Shown here: positions 42,482 to 51,845 of the stretch, one piece after another
Numbering within the stretch: the stretch's first letter is position 1
Layout: every line of letters starts with the position of its first letter
NCBI GenBank assembly: GCA_964434115.1
Contig: CAYSSX010000005.1
Coordinates: forward strand, 95,063 to 159,062
Source of the DNA: an uncultured bacterium
GTDB lineage: Bacteria; Omnitrophota; Omnitrophia; Omnitrophales; Aquincolibacteriaceae
Reading direction: 5' to 3'
Length of the DNA stretch: 64,000 bases
Notes under the pieces: model-generated
What the model was told of the DNA's origin: nothing
Databases searched by the model: none
The model's input: the letters and a program-made list of their open reading frames with translations, nothing else
Translations under genes and position numbers: made by a program

Positions 42482-43549
42482 TCACTTTGTTTTCACGGCC
42501 CAGCGCAAAATGGCGCTTTTGGCCCGGGGATTATCGTAGCACTCTTCATAATCCGGCCTTATCGGATCGGTATTAAACCCGGAATAAATCCCAGACGCCA
42601 ATCCTTCCGTCAGGAATTTCATGACGCGGTTATCTTCTCCCGAATGAAACGTCAAAACCGCGGCCCGTCCGCCGGGCTTAAGACACACGGGCAAATTCCT
42701 CATGAACTGCTCAAGCGCTGAGAACTCATCGTTGACCGCAATCCTCAAAGCCTGAAAAGTCCTGCGGATGGATTTTGTCATTTCATTTTCCGGGTTGGGG
42801 TTTTTGCGAAGAACGGGGGTCAGGGTTTTCCGGATCGTATCTGCGAGCGCCGTGGTTGTGGTGATTTCATTGCGCTTCTCATGAATTGCCTTGGCAAGGA
42901 TTTTTGCGCGGGGTTCATCCGAATTCGTCCAAAGTATTTTCTCAAGCGCGCTTTCAGTCACGCCCTTGATCAGCGCGGCCGCGCTTTGCCCTCTTTGAGG
43001 ATTCAGCCTGAGGTCCAGCGGCCCTTCCCATTTAAAAGTAAAGCCGCGCGCGGGATTATCGAGCTGCATGGAAGAAACGCCGAGGTCCGCGAGAATAAAA
43101 TCAAATCCGCCTTCCGCTTCCCCAAGAAGTTTGGGAATGCCGGCAAAGTTCATACGCCGGATCACGAGTTCCTTTTCAGAAAAACCAAGGGCCCGGAGCC
43201 GCGTTTCGGTTTTGACGATTTCAACAGGGTCCACATCCAAGGCAAAAAGGCGCCCGCCCGGAGTAAGACACCGGAGTAATGCCTGCGTGTGCCCGCCGTA
43301 CCCTAATGTCGCGTCCACTCCGGTCTGTCCGGGCTTTGGGGCAAGCACTTCAAGTACGGCTTTGACCAGAATCGGACGGTGCATGCCCGCGGGTGTCTGA
43401 CCGCTCTTCAAAATTTTTTCAACATCAGCCGCGTACTTCTCAGGATTGTGTTCCTTGTACTTTTCCTCAAACCTTCGCGGGTGGGTTCCGGAGTACCGGA
43501 CACGGCGTTTTCTTTTCGGCGCTTCGGGATTGAAAGGGGTTTCTTCCAT
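42482..43549 (-). CDS. rsmH: 16S rRNA (cytosine1402-N4)-methyltransferase RsmH/MraW with ~55-aa basic N-terminal extension
   Basis: RsmH blocks are present: HRPILVKAVLEVL, GYGGHTQALL, LFALDVDP, FILADLGVSSMQLD..RGF(T)F, TFQALRIAVNDEF, and GGRAAVLTFHSGEDNRV. Confidence 0.85.
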   Translation of the reverse strand: MEETPFNPEAPKRKRRVRYSGTHPRRFEEKYKEHNPEKYAADVEKILKSGQTPAGMHRPILVKAVLEVLAPKPGQTGVDATLGYGGHTQALLRCLTPGGRLFALDVDPVEIVKTETRLRALGFSEKELVIRRMNFAGIPKLLGEAEGGFDFILADLGVSSMQLDNPARGFTFKWEGPLDLRLNPQRGQSAAALIKGVTESALEKILWTNSDEPRAKILAKAIHEKRNEITTTTALADTIRKTLTPVLRKNPNPENEMTKSIRRTFQALRIAVNDEFSALEQFMRNLPVCLKPGGRAAVLTFHSGEDNRVMKFLTEGLASGIYSGFNTDPIRPDYEECYDNPRAKSAILRWAVKTK

Positions 43550-43588
43550 GGATTGATGATGCTCTAGGCCCTAGCCGCTGCCGGCAGG

Positions 43589-44116
43589 TCAGGCATTCCA
43601 GCTCTGGGGAACTTTCTGGATTTTGGAAATGTCATAACCTTCGCGGGCAAGAAACACCAGGATGCGCTTGAAATCCGCTTCCGGAATCGAGGGGTTTTTC
43701 GACATGATCCAGACATAGTCGCGTTTCTGGCGTCCGATCACGGTCTGGGTGTAATCTTCATTTAAATACACAATTCGGAAATCGCCTTTAAACGGCCAGA
43801 CAAAACGCATGCCCCAAATGGCATTGGATTCTTTGTCACGCACAAAACCCTTGGGCGTATGCCGCTTGAGCTTGCCGTTAAAACCGCCTTTGCGGAACGT
43901 AAAGGTCGTGGCGATCGTGCCGTCCGGGTTCAGCCTGTAAGACTCCACCGCGTTATACGCCTTCTTTTCGACAAAGGTCGGAATATTCGCGATCACGTAC
44001 CAGTCACCCATAAAACGCGGAAGGTCCACATGCGGCACGGTGGTAATGGCGGGGTATGAAGCGCATCCGGCAGACACGGCCAGTAAAAATAAGAAGATAG
44101 GAATTTTCTTGTTCAT
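43589..44116 (-). CDS. blc: outer-membrane lipocalin (Blc-like lipoprotein)
   Basis: A lipobox (LAVSAGC) and lipocalin SCR1 (FMGDWYVIA) are present. The overall Blc architecture is recognisable. Confidence 0.8.
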   Translation of the reverse strand: MNKKIPIFLFLLAVSAGCASYPAITTVPHVDLPRFMGDWYVIANIPTFVEKKAYNAVESYRLNPDGTIATTFTFRKGGFNGKLKRHTPKGFVRDKESNAIWGMRFVWPFKGDFRIVYLNEDYTQTVIGRQKRDYVWIMSKNPSIPEADFKRILVFLAREGYDISKIQKVPQSWNA

Positions 44117-44826
44117 GCCTTTTTCTCCGCTTCTTTTTCCCGGGCCTGACGGATCAGTTGAAGCATTTGACCCGCGGGGGCATAGCCGGGATTCTCTTTC
44201 ATCAGCTGGGTAAGGATAGCTTCCGCTTCATCATAACGCTGTGCCGCGGAATAAGCCTCCGCCAGCCGGGCCTTGCGTTCAGGGTTTTGAGGGTCTGTGT
44301 CAGCCGCCATTTTGAAATACTCAATCGCCCGGGACGCGTCGCCCATTTCCATATATTCCGCGGCCAAATTTCCCATCACCTTGGCAGAAGCGGCGCTCAT
44401 TTTTCCGGCCATCGCAAAATTCTGCTCCGAGGATTTGAAGTCACCCTGTTTAGCGTAAAGAAGGCCCAGCGCCTGGTAGCCAAAAGCTATGTCCGGTGCA
44501 ACCGCAACGGCTTTATGAAAAGCATCTTCGGCCTTTGCGGGCTGGCTATTCTCTTCATAAACAAGTCCAAGACCAATAAACCCCCGGGGATCTGGTTTCG
44601 CGGCAAGACGTTCTTCCATTTTTGAAACCAGTTCTTCGTAGCCCGAAGTCTGTGTGGCCTGCATCATCGTGGCGGTCATTTCCTGTTTGTTTCCCAGAAT
44701 CGCGGACAAGGACCGCATAGCGCGCGCTTCGGAAAGGTCTTGAAAGCCGAGCAAAATCATGGCGCAAGCAATCATGAACACTGCGGGTTTTCCAGTCACA
44801 CAATCTCCCATTTGCTTAAACTTCAC
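44113..44826 (-). CDS. TPR-repeat protein with N-terminal signal/anchor
   Basis: Several 34-aa TPR units are present (AYSAAQRYDEAEAILTQL, GLLYAKQGDFKSSEQNF, etc.). The stop overlaps the blc start (ATGA). Confidence 0.7.
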   Translation of the reverse strand: MKFKQMGDCVTGKPAVFMIACAMILLGFQDLSEARAMRSLSAILGNKQEMTATMMQATQTSGYEELVSKMEERLAAKPDPRGFIGLGLVYEENSQPAKAEDAFHKAVAVAPDIAFGYQALGLLYAKQGDFKSSEQNFAMAGKMSAASAKVMGNLAAEYMEMGDASRAIEYFKMAADTDPQNPERKARLAEAYSAAQRYDEAEAILTQLMKENPGYAPAGQMLQLIRQAREKEAEKKA

Positions 44827-44909
44827 GTTTCCTTTTCAATGCGGATCATAGGTCAATCAGGCGCCTAAATAAATACATAATTTCGGCCGCCCCCGCGCGG
44901 ATCGGTCAG

Positions 44910-45230
44910 CTACAAAAGCCCCTCAAAGCCAGCCTGGTAATACTGCTGGATAGAGCCTAAAGCCTTGGCAAATAAGGCGCTTAAAAAATAACTCAAAACA
45001 GCAATGACCACCGTCCAGATGATTTTCGATTTCCGGCTGTAACGGGGATTCAGCCAGAGCAGCGGGAAGGCAAGCGGGCCCACCGCCAGAATGGCGGCAA
45101 TTAAAATCGAAGTCTTAAAATACCACGGTCCTTTTGGGGGGCGTGAGGATTCGAGAAGAAACTCCCCGCAGTGCTTACACTTCACGGCTTCAACCTGGAT
45201 TTCTTCTGCGCAGAACGGGCATTTTTTCAT
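44910..45230 (-). CDS. zinc-ribbon membrane protein, hypothetical
   Basis: CPFC...CKHC zinc ribbon followed by two TM helices. The start was chosen at MKKCPFC. Confidence 0.5.
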   Translation of the reverse strand: MKKCPFCAEEIQVEAVKCKHCGEFLLESSRPPKGPWYFKTSILIAAILAVGPLAFPLLWLNPRYSRKSKIIWTVVIAVLSYFLSALFAKALGSIQQYYQAGFEGLL

Positions 45231-45247
45231 AGGCTCCAGGGGGCGCG

Positions 45248-45610
45248 CTACTTGGCGGCGTGTTTTTTGAGTGCGGATAAACTGCAATGTTCAAGCGCGG
45301 ACACATGCGTGGCTTCAAGGTCCACGGGCGGCGCAACGCCGGCCTCATAAGCTTCCTGCCAGCGCGCCGCGCAAAGGCACCAGCGGTCTCCGGGTTTAAG
45401 GCCTGGGAAATCAAAATCCGGCTGAGGCGTTGAAAGGTCATTGCCGCGCGACATTGAAAACTCGAGAAATTCCGCGGTCATTTCCGCGCAGACCACGTGC
45501 ACGCCTAAATCTTCGGATCCTGTGGTGCATTTTCCATCCCTGTAAAAACCCGTTACCGGGGAAGAGCAGCAGCTTTTCAATTCTCCGCCTAAAATATTTT
45601 TTCCGCTCAT
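45248..45610 (-). CDS. DUF2237-like Cys-containing protein
   Basis: The conserved block GFYRDG.C..G..D.G.H.VCA.MT..FL.FS...GNDL is present. The start was chosen at MSGKN. Confidence 0.5.
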   Translation of the reverse strand: MSGKNILGGELKSCCSSPVTGFYRDGKCTTGSEDLGVHVVCAEMTAEFLEFSMSRGNDLSTPQPDFDFPGLKPGDRWCLCAARWQEAYEAGVAPPVDLEATHVSALEHCSLSALKKHAAK

Positions 45611-45732
45611 GGAAAATCCTCCGCATTTCATCAACAGACCTAAGGCTTATTCCTGGGCATTTTACGCCCCAAAAAACAAAAAAGCCACCGGGGGTTTACC
45701 CGATGGCTTTAGTAAGCTCTTTGCCGTTTTTC

Positions 45733-47082
45733 TTAAGTCTTGGCGGCGCCTTCTCCCGCCTGCAGGAGGTACTCGGCCACGAGCTTGAGTTTTTCTTCCC
45801 CGAGATACGACTGCGAGGGCATTTGAACCATGTTCTCACGCTTTTTTCCAGGAGCCTTGGCCCAAGCAACAATACCTGCCGGATTTCCTTTGTAAAGAGC
45901 TGCTATTTCGGATACTGAGGGCCCGACAAGAACCTTGTCCAAGGCGTGACACATGGAACAGCTTTCTGCGTAAACAGTTTTTCCCGCAGGCTCTGAGTCC
46001 TTTACAACCGCATCGAGCCCCGCCTGCTTGCGGATTTCAATGGCATATTCCATAGCCCTAAACTCATCCGTGTGACGCCGGATATACTGTTTTTGCTCTG
46101 CCAGACAAGCTTCCCGGTACATGTGCCGGCCCGTGCCCATCATCAGCACAATAGCCGAAAATAGAATAACTACCGGCCAATAAAAACGTCCTATTTTGCT
46201 GTCATGGGCTGTGATCTCCATAAATAACACAACGAGCACCAAAAGAGCGGCCATGACCCCGCCGCCGATCGTCCAGAGTAATTCAGAGGATAGACCATGT
46301 GTTGGGAGGGTTATGAGCACCACCGGCCCAAGAAAAAACTGCGCCAGTGTTACATAAAAAGCTACCCCGTAAAAAAGACGCCTGATCTCGGGCCTGCTAA
46401 ACTCGGGGAGTTCGTCCTGCACGGGATAGCCCGGCCGGCCAAGCCATCCTGTAAGAAACAACCCTGTAATGGCATTGCAGGCCGCAAGAAAATGCAAATA
46501 CCTGGGCAGTACATTCCCGATTTTCAGTGAAGAAAGAAAGCCCTTCACTTCGGACCATTTGTCGGGAAAAAGCATCAGATTGATGTTGGATAAAAATATC
46601 ACTGGAATGAGCAGAAAGAAGAGACAGGCCAAAGCACCCACCGCGAGATGCTGCGGCTTTTTTGAGCCGGCCCATTTTTCCCAGGTGTATTTATGCAGGT
46701 AAGTCAGCAAAAAAGCCGTGATCACCAAGGGAACAAGAGCTGCCCAGGCATGGCCTGTCATCACATTCGCCGCATAAAACTGGGCCGTATACAAAAGATT
46801 GATACAGAGCAGCGGGCCAATCCCCATCACAACCGCGAGGCTTTTATTCACCGTAACGGTTTCGGCAATTTTTCTCGCCAAACGGTCATACTTGGGATTC
46901 CTTAACCCTAGTATTTCAAAAATGATTGTCTGAAGCGACCCGCCAACCATCAGATTGACGAAAAAAATATGCAGCAGAAAAAATACAACGAGCAAAAATT
47001 TAAGATGCGCCTCCGGCAGCGGCAAAGGCAGCATGAGATCCCTTGGAACCGGGATCGAAGCAAACACTAACAAACTTTCCAT
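45733..47082 (-). CDS. polytopic membrane protein with C-terminal class-I cytochrome c domain (CSMCH)
   Basis: About 9-10 TM helices over 330 aa are followed by a soluble ~110-aa domain with a CxxCH haem motif and a downstream Met (VQMP). GGGAGAG SD is present. Confidence 0.7.
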   Translation of the reverse strand: MESLLVFASIPVPRDLMLPLPLPEAHLKFLLVVFFLLHIFFVNLMVGGSLQTIIFEILGLRNPKYDRLARKIAETVTVNKSLAVVMGIGPLLCINLLYTAQFYAANVMTGHAWAALVPLVITAFLLTYLHKYTWEKWAGSKKPQHLAVGALACLFFLLIPVIFLSNINLMLFPDKWSEVKGFLSSLKIGNVLPRYLHFLAACNAITGLFLTGWLGRPGYPVQDELPEFSRPEIRRLFYGVAFYVTLAQFFLGPVVLITLPTHGLSSELLWTIGGGVMAALLVLVVLFMEITAHDSKIGRFYWPVVILFSAIVLMMGTGRHMYREACLAEQKQYIRRHTDEFRAMEYAIEIRKQAGLDAVVKDSEPAGKTVYAESCSMCHALDKVLVGPSVSEIAALYKGNPAGIVAWAKAPGKKRENMVQMPSQSYLGEEKLKLVAEYLLQAGEGAAKT

Positions 47083-47115
47083 ATGGGTACTCTCCCGAAT
47101 TTAAAATGTTAACGT

Positions 47116-48585
47116 TCAAACCATTCCTTTGGTGATGTCCTTTTGATCCTCGCTGAGCGGTGCCGCGGACAGTCCAGTATCCTGGACGCCGGGAACCTTA
47201 CGCGGGTTTTCTTTCAGGTCTTCCAGGAAAGCAATGAGGGCTTCGGCCTCTTCCCGGGTACCCGGAAAGGGCGGCATGTACGGATGTGATTTGCCCATGT
47301 TCTGGATAAAAATCCCCATGCCGTCACGGTTCCATTCCTTCCCATACATACGGTTAAATTTATTCACAAGCCCGTTCATTCCGGATGAGGTGTGACAACG
47401 GGAACAGGCAATCATGAAAACATCGCCGCCGGCCTCAATTTTGTTCTGTTCGGTAACCTTATGATGTTTGACATAGGTGGCATGTGTCAGCATGCCGTCG
47501 CGCTGTAAAACAGGAAGTTCCGTTATGCGGATGCCATTGGCATACATGTAGCCGGAAATGATGTAGGGTTTGCGCAAAAATTCGCGAACCCTCTCAAAAT
47601 GACCAAGGACCCACAAACCGAAGAAAAAAGGGACAATCAGAGCCGCAGCCGGAAACTTTCTGGGTTTGAAGGAAGCCCACAAGGCTGTCACAAAAACGCT
47701 CACGATTAGACCAGCATCCACAAAAAAAAGTTTCTGGTGCCATCTTGAGAATGCTGCTCCAAACATCGCAATATCAACGTTGGCCTTCATATATCCGGGA
47801 ACGACATTCCAGTACCAAAGGGCTGCTGAAACAAAAAAGGGCAGCCAGAAAAGAATCCACCAGGAAATCCTGCGAATCGTTTCGGTTCTTAAGTCCGAGT
47901 CCTTTTTTGTAAAAAAAGACAAGAGGAACCATACGAGAAGGCCTCCGGTAACCATGGAATAAGTTGTCCTGAATGCCAGCTGCGGCAAGTAGATCGGGTT
48001 AAACACAGCAGCTGCAAGGTCAACGCCACCTACGATGCCGCTGTCTTTCCACCGTCCCGGATTCATCATGAAGCCCAGAATGGCGGTAATAATCGCCATG
48101 GTAATCCATGAGAACATGCTCAGCAGAAACCCGAGGAAAATGTGCATCCCTTTTTTGAGTCCAGATGTCCATTTTTTCCAGGTAAGGTAATATGCGAGGA
48201 TCAATACAAGCTCGATGATAAAAACAATCCACTCAATCGCCCAGGCCACAAAAAAAACTCTCAGCAGACTTCCAATCGCAAAAGGCGCGATAAGGGCGGA
48301 GGTCAGCCAAATTCCGACACCAGTCAAGGCGCCGATGGTCGTGGTGACAATAAAGAAAACAAAGGTGATGTTGTGCGTGAGGTCATCCACGTCCTTGTTT
48401 TTTGTCAGATGTCCCCACCGCTCAAGCAGCACCAAAAGCGGGTACCCTCCGACCGCAAAGGGATGATTCACAAGAACGTGCAAGATCGCAACAACAGCCA
48501 TCATCAGGCGGTTGCCGACATGATCGATAAAAAATAATGGGAAATCCAAGGTTCCCTCCCGTTTTATTTGAAGTTTCCCAAACAA
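47116..48585 (-). CDS. polytopic membrane protein with C-terminal cytochrome c domain (CSRCH), paralog of 45733..47082
   Basis: It has the same architecture, with CxxCH and downstream Met (PYMPPFPG). GGGAGGGAA SD is present. Confidence 0.7.
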   Translation of the reverse strand: MFGKLQIKREGTLDFPLFFIDHVGNRLMMAVVAILHVLVNHPFAVGGYPLLVLLERWGHLTKNKDVDDLTHNITFVFFIVTTTIGALTGVGIWLTSALIAPFAIGSLLRVFFVAWAIEWIVFIIELVLILAYYLTWKKWTSGLKKGMHIFLGFLLSMFSWITMAIITAILGFMMNPGRWKDSGIVGGVDLAAAVFNPIYLPQLAFRTTYSMVTGGLLVWFLLSFFTKKDSDLRTETIRRISWWILFWLPFFVSAALWYWNVVPGYMKANVDIAMFGAAFSRWHQKLFFVDAGLIVSVFVTALWASFKPRKFPAAALIVPFFFGLWVLGHFERVREFLRKPYIISGYMYANGIRITELPVLQRDGMLTHATYVKHHKVTEQNKIEAGGDVFMIACSRCHTSSGMNGLVNKFNRMYGKEWNRDGMGIFIQNMGKSHPYMPPFPGTREEAEALIAFLEDLKENPRKVPGVQDTGLSAAPLSEDQKDITKGMV

Positions 48586-48714
48586 GAGCCGGGGAGCCGC
48601 CGAAAGCCGTGACGGAGGACGGCAGCCGGGTTCTACTGCTCTGCGGAAATAAGTGAAACTGCCCCGGAAATGAGACGCGTCCAGGCCAGTCAGCGGATGG
48701 TTTGAAAACGGCAG

Positions 48715-49059
48715 CTAGAAGGTTCTTGGAGGAGGATCGGGAGGAACAAAAGCCAGTCCTTTAAAGACGGGGGGGAATGGCTTTAAAGAAAAAGAGGTTT
48801 CAGGTGAGAACAAGGAAGAACCTGTCCTTTCGGGGAGATCAAAGGGGTGAACGGACAGTGAAAACCCGCCGTAGACAAGCTGCGGGTGACTCGAATATTT
48901 CTCAAGCGATGTTTTTTTTCCAGTGCTGGATGCAGCGCTTTCCAGCACCTCACCTTTCCAGCAGGTTGTGCGGCTTTTGACAGCCCCTTCTGGGGCGTGA
49001 ATGTTGGAGCACATCAAAGTTAGGATCACTCCCATGGCTCCGACCCGGAAAATGTTCAT
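48715..49059 (-). CDS. hypothetical small protein (doubtful)
   Basis: The start overlaps the sco stop (ATGA). The N-terminus is hydrophobic. The tail is Pro-rich and low in complexity. It could instead be an untranslated leader. Confidence 0.2.
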   Translation of the reverse strand: MNIFRVGAMGVILTLMCSNIHAPEGAVKSRTTCWKGEVLESAASSTGKKTSLEKYSSHPQLVYGGFSLSVHPFDLPERTGSSLFSPETSFSLKPFPPVFKGLAFVPPDPPPRTF

Positions 49060-49670
49060 ACCTCACGCCTCAACTCGGCTCTACGCATTAAAACCTTCGC
49101 ATCTTGAATGATAAGCTCCATCTGCTGCGGATCCTCTGAATCATAATAGCCTCGAATGTGGCCCTGATCATCGACCAAAGCAAACCGGGTGCTATGAATC
49201 TGCGGGTTATCGGGTGTGGCCACCTTAAATGCAATTGCAACCTTTGTCACTTGCGCTTTATCACCTGTTAAAAATTGCCAATTTTCTGGTCCGGGATGCG
49301 ACTTCATGTACTCTGTAAGTTTTTCGGGCTTATCGTAGTCTGGGTCAGCCGTAAAGGAAACAAAGGTCATTTCGGGCAGCTTTTTGGACAATCCCGCCAG
49401 CTTTCCCACCATCAATGGGCATTGGCTTTGGCAACGCGTAAAAATAAATGATGCAATCCAGGGGCTTCCGTTAAGGGCTTTGGAATCAAACTCGGCGGCT
49501 GAGGCGTCCACAAGGCGGAAATCCGGAAGAGGTCCATAGTCGAGTAAAACTTCCGAATGACGGGATTTCTGAAGAAACGGGCCCAGGGTAAAAAGACCTG
49601 TCAGGATAAGCGCTATTGATCCGAGGACGGCAATAATAAGACCGCTATTGGTTTTCTGGAAATTACGCAT
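49056..49670 (-). CDS. SCO1/SenC family copper chaperone (thioredoxin-like)
   Basis: An N-terminal TM anchor, CxxxC (FTRCQSQCP) and a conserved downstream His region are present. Confidence 0.85.
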   Translation of the reverse strand: MRNFQKTNSGLIIAVLGSIALILTGLFTLGPFLQKSRHSEVLLDYGPLPDFRLVDASAAEFDSKALNGSPWIASFIFTRCQSQCPLMVGKLAGLSKKLPEMTFVSFTADPDYDKPEKLTEYMKSHPGPENWQFLTGDKAQVTKVAIAFKVATPDNPQIHSTRFALVDDQGHIRGYYDSEDPQQMELIIQDAKVLMRRAELRREV

Positions 49671-49779
49671 TGGCTATTTTGGGGTTACGAATTAATTGAA
49701 TTTTTGGGATTATATCATTTTCTTTTAAATCCTGCTTTTTCTTGCGCCCGGCAGGGAAATGCCGGGAAAAATAGCGCTT

Positions 49780-50352
49780 TTACGGCAGTTCGTTTTGAGG
49801 AATCGCTTGAAACGATGCTTTCCGGGGCCTTGTGCGCATGGCCCACAAAAAAAGCGACGGTACTGCAATTAAAATCAGGGAACTCTTCACCAATGCGGTC
49901 ATGGCCCATGACCCAAGCGGCATCGGCAGCATCAAGACCGCGTACGCGAGAACCAGAACCGCGGAAATCATCATGATTAATCCCGCGGCATACACCCAGG
50001 GTTTCAGACCCAGCGTCAATCCCGCCTGAGGGGAATGCTTCGCGATCAAATGAAGCGCAGCCAGAACAAAGGGCGAGTAATCTTTGGAACGGTCTTCACA
50101 CATCCCGAAGTTTTTGAAGTGAACATTGTCGATTTCAAGAGAAGAGCCGTTCCGGTAATGCACCTGAAAATAATGCCGCCAGGTCTGCGACCGCGTGGGC
50201 GAAAAAACCAGCCGCGCGTGAAGGACTTCGGCCCACGGCAAACGCCGTTCACTGCCCGCCGGCGATTTTTCCACCAGCACATCGGGCTGAAGGATCCACT
50301 CCCACTCCGCTTTTTCAAAAAAGTTCTTTTTTTTCCGGTAAATGTCCGGCAT
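49780..50352 (-). CDS. membrane protein, hypothetical
   Basis: An ORF with a C-terminal pair of TM helices. No motif is recognised. Confidence 0.4.
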   Translation of the reverse strand: MPDIYRKKKNFFEKAEWEWILQPDVLVEKSPAGSERRLPWAEVLHARLVFSPTRSQTWRHYFQVHYRNGSSLEIDNVHFKNFGMCEDRSKDYSPFVLAALHLIAKHSPQAGLTLGLKPWVYAAGLIMMISAVLVLAYAVLMLPMPLGSWAMTALVKSSLILIAVPSLFLWAMRTRPRKASFQAIPQNELP

Positions 50353-50374
50353 CGGATCCCAAATTATTTTTAAA

Positions 50375-50932
50375 TTAAAGCGTTCTGATGACGCGCGCGG
50401 GATTTCCTCCGGCGATCACACCGGGCGGAATGTCCTTAGTCACCACGGAACCTGCCCCAATCACACTCCCGGCACCGATAGTAACGCCCGGGCAAAGGAC
50501 CGAAGCCCCGCCCAGCCAGACATGATCTTCGACCGTCACCGGCTGCCCCAGTTCCAGCCCCCGGCTGCGCTCCATCGCGTCCAGGGGATGCGACGCGCTG
50601 TAAATCTGCACATTCGGACCGGCCATAACATTGTTTCCGATCTTGACCGGCGCGACATCCAGAATCACGCAGTTAAAATTAAAGTAAACATTGTTTCCCA
50701 GCGTGATATTTCGCCCGTAATCGCAGAAAAACGGCGGCTGAAGCCAAAGGTTTTTTCCCATGGATCCAAAGAGCATCTTGCATAGCGCGTAGGACTCGTG
50801 ATTTTCGCGAAGGTCTTCCAGATTCAAATTGATCCTCGCAAGCAGCTCGCGCGCCTCTTTCCGCATCCGGACAAGTTCGGGATCAAGCGCGTTATAGAGC
50901 TGTCCTGAAATCATTTTTTGATATTCACTCAT
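50375..50932 (-). CDS. maltose/galactoside O-acetyltransferase (hexapeptide-repeat, Maa/LacA family)
   Basis: Left-handed beta-helix hexapeptide repeats are present (IGNNVYFNFNCVILD, IGNNVMAGPNVQI, VWLGGASVLCPGVTIG). The Maa-type N-terminal helix is present. Confidence 0.85.
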   Translation of the reverse strand: MSEYQKMISGQLYNALDPELVRMRKEARELLARINLNLEDLRENHESYALCKMLFGSMGKNLWLQPPFFCDYGRNITLGNNVYFNFNCVILDVAPVKIGNNVMAGPNVQIYSASHPLDAMERSRGLELGQPVTVEDHVWLGGASVLCPGVTIGAGSVIGAGSVVTKDIPPGVIAGGNPARVIRTL

Positions 50933-50940
50933 GGGGGCCT

Positions 50941-51489
50941 CTAATGGTATTCCACGGTTTCGGGCGGAAGTTCTTCAACAGCAGGGGCGGCGGCAAGGAC
51001 AGGACGGTATTGAATGGAATTTTTAATGCTTTCCCATTTTTCAACTCCGGAATGAACCCCGTCCACACCCGCCACTCCGGCGTAGGTGTAAAAAGGCACT
51101 TGATGAACATCCAGGAATTCTTTTTTCTCAGCAGGGCTCACGGTTATGGCCCAGTTCAGGGTTTCGCCGGCCTTCACCACGGGGATCGTAATCCCGCTGC
51201 GGTGGAGAGAATTATTTCCCTCGGTCACAAAGCTGGCCTCCACAATCACGTTCTTCAAATCCGCGGGGAGAGGATTGAAAATTTTCCCTTTGATGAAAAG
51301 GGTGGCCGCGGTTCTTTCCTCCGACAGGTCCTGAAGCTCAAGGCTGAATTTCGCGCTCTTTCCGTCGAGGCCCGGTTCCGCCCGCTCAATCGAATAGGGG
51401 GCTTTGTCTTTGAGCGGGTCGGCGAAAGCGGCCGCGGCCGCGCAAACCGCCAAAATCAAAAACAAACAAAACAGCTTAGGTGTCCTCAT
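50941..51489 (-). CDS. secreted hypothetical protein
   Basis: A signal peptide (MRTPKLFCLFLILAVCAAAAAFA) is present. No other motif is recognised. Confidence 0.5.
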   Translation of the reverse strand: MRTPKLFCLFLILAVCAAAAAFADPLKDKAPYSIERAEPGLDGKSAKFSLELQDLSEERTAATLFIKGKIFNPLPADLKNVIVEASFVTEGNNSLHRSGITIPVVKAGETLNWAITVSPAEKKEFLDVHQVPFYTYAGVAGVDGVHSGVEKWESIKNSIQYRPVLAAAPAVEELPPETVEYH

Positions 51490-51518
51490 AAATCCTCCGT
51501 CTGCATTATTCTACTGTT

Positions 51519-51845
51519 TTACACGAGCAAAAGCCTGGGGAAAATAGCGCCTTCGGCAAAGCTCTCCCGGGTTTGCCTGAGCAAGTGATCAATATCCAGG
51601 CCCTGGTAAACCGGCCTGTACTTCTCAAGGTAACCGCGGGCGGTTTCCAAAATTTTTTCGCCTCCCCCAGGAGTTCCTTTTTGCAGATGTACAAACACGG
51701 CGGCAATTTGAATCAGCCCCTGGTAAAAATCCCTTGGCTCCCCTTTTTCCCGGCGCCACAAAAGTTCAAGCGTCTCATGCGCTTCGAAAAATTTCTGCTG
51801 GTTAAATAAATCCACAAATTCTCGAATTTCCTCCGGCGAGGTCAT
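51519..51845 (-). CDS. DUF309-domain protein
   Basis: FNQQKFFEAHETLELLW....YQGLIQIAAVFVH matches the DUF309 signature. Confidence 0.6.
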   Translation of the reverse strand: MTSPEEIREFVDLFNQQKFFEAHETLELLWRREKGEPRDFYQGLIQIAAVFVHLQKGTPGGGEKILETARGYLEKYRPVYQGLDIDHLLRQTRESFAEGAIFPRLLLV

